Positions 62,440 to 64,000 of a stretch of DNA of 64,000 bases are shown piece after piece. The DNA comes from Mollicutes bacterium (GTDB lineage Bacteria; Bacillota_I; Bacilli_A; Izemoplasmatales; Izemoplasmataceae). A program made the position numbers and the translations under genes. Positions within the stretch are counted from its first letter, which is position 1, and every line of letters starts with the position of its first letter. The stretch is taken from the NCBI GenBank assembly GCA_003554025.1, contig PWFC01000016.1, positions 22,129-86,128 of the forward strand. The letters are read 5' to 3'. A model generated the notes under the pieces. The model did no database searches. It was not told where the DNA came from and was given only the letters and a program-made list of their open reading frames with translations.

Positions 62440-62650
62440 CTACGTCGTATTGGAGAAATACATTTTTTGCATGCAAATTATGTAAATGCATGAAAACAAG
62501 AAAATTTCCTGCAAAATATGGAAAACGTTTTTATTATGTTGTATACTAAACTGTTAGCAATAAAATGCGCTGTTTTTTTTGTCGGAAGATTTCCGATTCG
62601 TAAAATATATAAAGAAAGCTAACAAACTAAGGTTTAGGAGAGAATAAATT

Positions 62651-63862
62651 ATGGAGATTACTTTACAAAATTTGACAAAAATCTTCCAATCAAAAAGGGA
62701 AGATGAAGTTGTTGCCGTTGACAATCTTGACATCGTAATTCCGTCGGGAAAACTCTATGGGCTCCTTGGTCCCTCGGGTTGCGGTAAGTCAACGACATTG
62801 TTCATGATTTCCGGTTTGTTGAAGCCAACATCCGGGAAAATCTATTTTGGCAATGAAGACGTAACCCCCGTTCCCCCGGAGGATCGTGGGATTGGTCTTG
62901 TTTTCCAAAACTACGCGCTTTACCCACACATGACCGTCAAGCAGAACATCATGTTCCCGCTTGAAAACATCAAGATGGACAAAAAAGAAGGGCTTAAGAA
63001 AGCCCAAGAAATTGCCGACCTTGTCGGCATTGGCCACTTGATGAACCGGAAACCCGCCCAACTTTCCGGTGGACAGCAGCAACGTGTTGCGATTGCACGT
63101 GCGCTTGTCAAATCACCACGAGTTCTACTGCTTGATGAACCGCTTTCAAACTTGGATGCGCGTTTGCGTTTGCAAACACGTGAAGAAATCCGTCGTATCC
63201 AAAGAGAAACCGGCATCACGACCATTTTCGTTACCCACGACCAAGAAGAAGCGATGAGTATTAGCGATGAAATCGTTGTTCTTGACGAAGGCGTCACTCA
63301 ACAAGTCGGCAAGCCTCAATACGTCTACGACAAGCCAAACAATCTTTTCGTGGCGAAATTCCTTGGTACGCCGCCAATCAACATTTTTGACGGGCATATT
63401 GAAGACGGAAAGATTATGATTGGCGACGCTTATATCGGAAAAACCGATGCTGAAGACCAAGAAGTTACAATCGGCATTCGCCCCGAAGGCTTCAAGATTG
63501 TTGAGCGTTCAAGCTTCCAAGTTGAAGTCGAATTCGTCGAAACCATCGGTCGTGACACCACCCTCATCATTCGTCACCCCAACGTCGAAGTGCAAGAAAG
63601 CTTTGAAGACCCCGAAGACGAAGAAATTCCTGAAGAAGAACAATCAGCGTTTGCACAAGAAGTGGCGGAAGAACTCGGCGAAGAAGCGGATGACACCAAG
63701 ATGGAAGGCATCGACATTCCTCAGCAATCCGTCCAGCAAGCCAAGACATTCCGTGCGATTGTAGATGCGGACTACGGTGTTGAACCAGGCGATACCGTTA
63801 AGTTCACCGTCAAACCGCACAAGATGCATATCTTTAATAAGGAAACCGGAGAACTAGTCTGA
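62651..63862 (+). CDS. sugar ABC transporter ATP-binding protein (MalK/MsmX-like) with acidic insertion
   Basis: 403 aa. It has a Walker A GPSGCGKST, LSGGQQQR, and a C-terminal TOBE-like regulatory domain interrupted by an acidic stretch of about 45 aa (EDPEDEEIPEEEQ…EELGEEADD). Confidence 0.8.
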   Translation: MEITLQNLTKIFQSKREDEVVAVDNLDIVIPSGKLYGLLGPSGCGKSTTLFMISGLLKPTSGKIYFGNEDVTPVPPEDRGIGLVFQNYALYPHMTVKQNIMFPLENIKMDKKEGLKKAQEIADLVGIGHLMNRKPAQLSGGQQQRVAIARALVKSPRVLLLDEPLSNLDARLRLQTREEIRRIQRETGITTIFVTHDQEEAMSISDEIVVLDEGVTQQVGKPQYVYDKPNNLFVAKFLGTPPINIFDGHIEDGKIMIGDAYIGKTDAEDQEVTIGIRPEGFKIVERSSFQVEVEFVETIGRDTTLIIRHPNVEVQESFEDPEDEEIPEEEQSAFAQEVAEELGEEADDTKMEGIDIPQQSVQQAKTFRAIVDADYGVEPGDTVKFTVKPHKMHIFNKETGELV

Positions 63863-63866
63863 CATG

Positions 63867-64000
63867 TTAGAAGAACAACAGAACATAAAATCCTGGTTTT
63901 ATCTCGCACCGGCTTTGGTGTTGCTGGCCATATTCATCTTCTACCCGATTTTCAACGCCATTTTCCTTGTTTTCGTTAAAGATTTTAACTATTTGCAAGG
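63867..64000 (+). CDS. ABC transporter permease (partial, N-terminus only)
   Basis: MLEEQQNIKSWFYLAPALVLLAIFIFYPIFNAIFLVF is the typical N-terminus of a MalF/UgpA-type permease. It runs off the window end. Confidence 0.6.

Overview
This window is the chromosomal replication-origin neighbourhood of a Firmicutes-type genome. Its conserved gene blocks follow Bacillus-like order at medium GC, but I cannot determine the lineage from the sequence. Almost all of it is densely packed core housekeeping genes. I found no CRISPR array, tRNA or rRNA gene, transposase or integrase.

Main blocks, left to right:
- ispD (partial), 5-formyl-THF cyclo-ligase, a PAS/degenerate-GGDEF membrane protein and the c-di-AMP synthase cdaA, all on the minus strand.
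- Class II (B12-dependent) ribonucleotide reductase nrdJ, then hflX, dusB and hslO.
- A folate one-carbon cluster on the minus strand: glyA, a DUF1461-like membrane protein, folD, a flavin reductase, an M32 carboxypeptidase and fhs.
- A complete 8-gene shikimate/chorismate operon: aroA, aroB, aroC, chorismate mutase, an aroE-aroK fusion, type II dehydroquinase and a DAHP synthase with an N-terminal regulatory domain.
- mfd, pth, jag/khpB, yidC, rnpA and rpmH on the minus strand, running into oriC with DnaA-box clusters on both sides of dnaA.
- dnaA, dnaN, yaaA, recF, gyrB and gyrA.
- A T-box leader and serS, then pepA.
- HIT and HAD proteins, then pta, a DagK-like kinase, ksgA, ispE, spoVG and prs.
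- An RDD protein and two tandem fused ABC ATPase-FtsX (MacB-like) transporters.
- A T-box leader and asnS.
- A four-gene unknown/NfeD/RDD/SPFH operon.
- A ttcA-like gene, mnmE, then dnaX, ybaB and recR.
- A small membrane protein in an AT-rich island, then a MalK/MsmX-like sugar ABC ATPase and the start of a permease.

I see no clear-cut novel system. The most checkable oddities are:
- cdaA is paired with a PAS/degenerate-GGDEF protein where CdaR would normally sit.
- Two 20-bp CACGTG-centred palindromes bracket the ksgA-ispE intergenic region.
- An RDD protein and an unknown soluble protein sit inside an NfeD-SPFH operon.
- Two tandem fused MacB-like transporters have no partner genes.
- The origin is rearranged: jag is translationally coupled to pth-mfd, and parAB, mnmG and rsmG are absent from the window.
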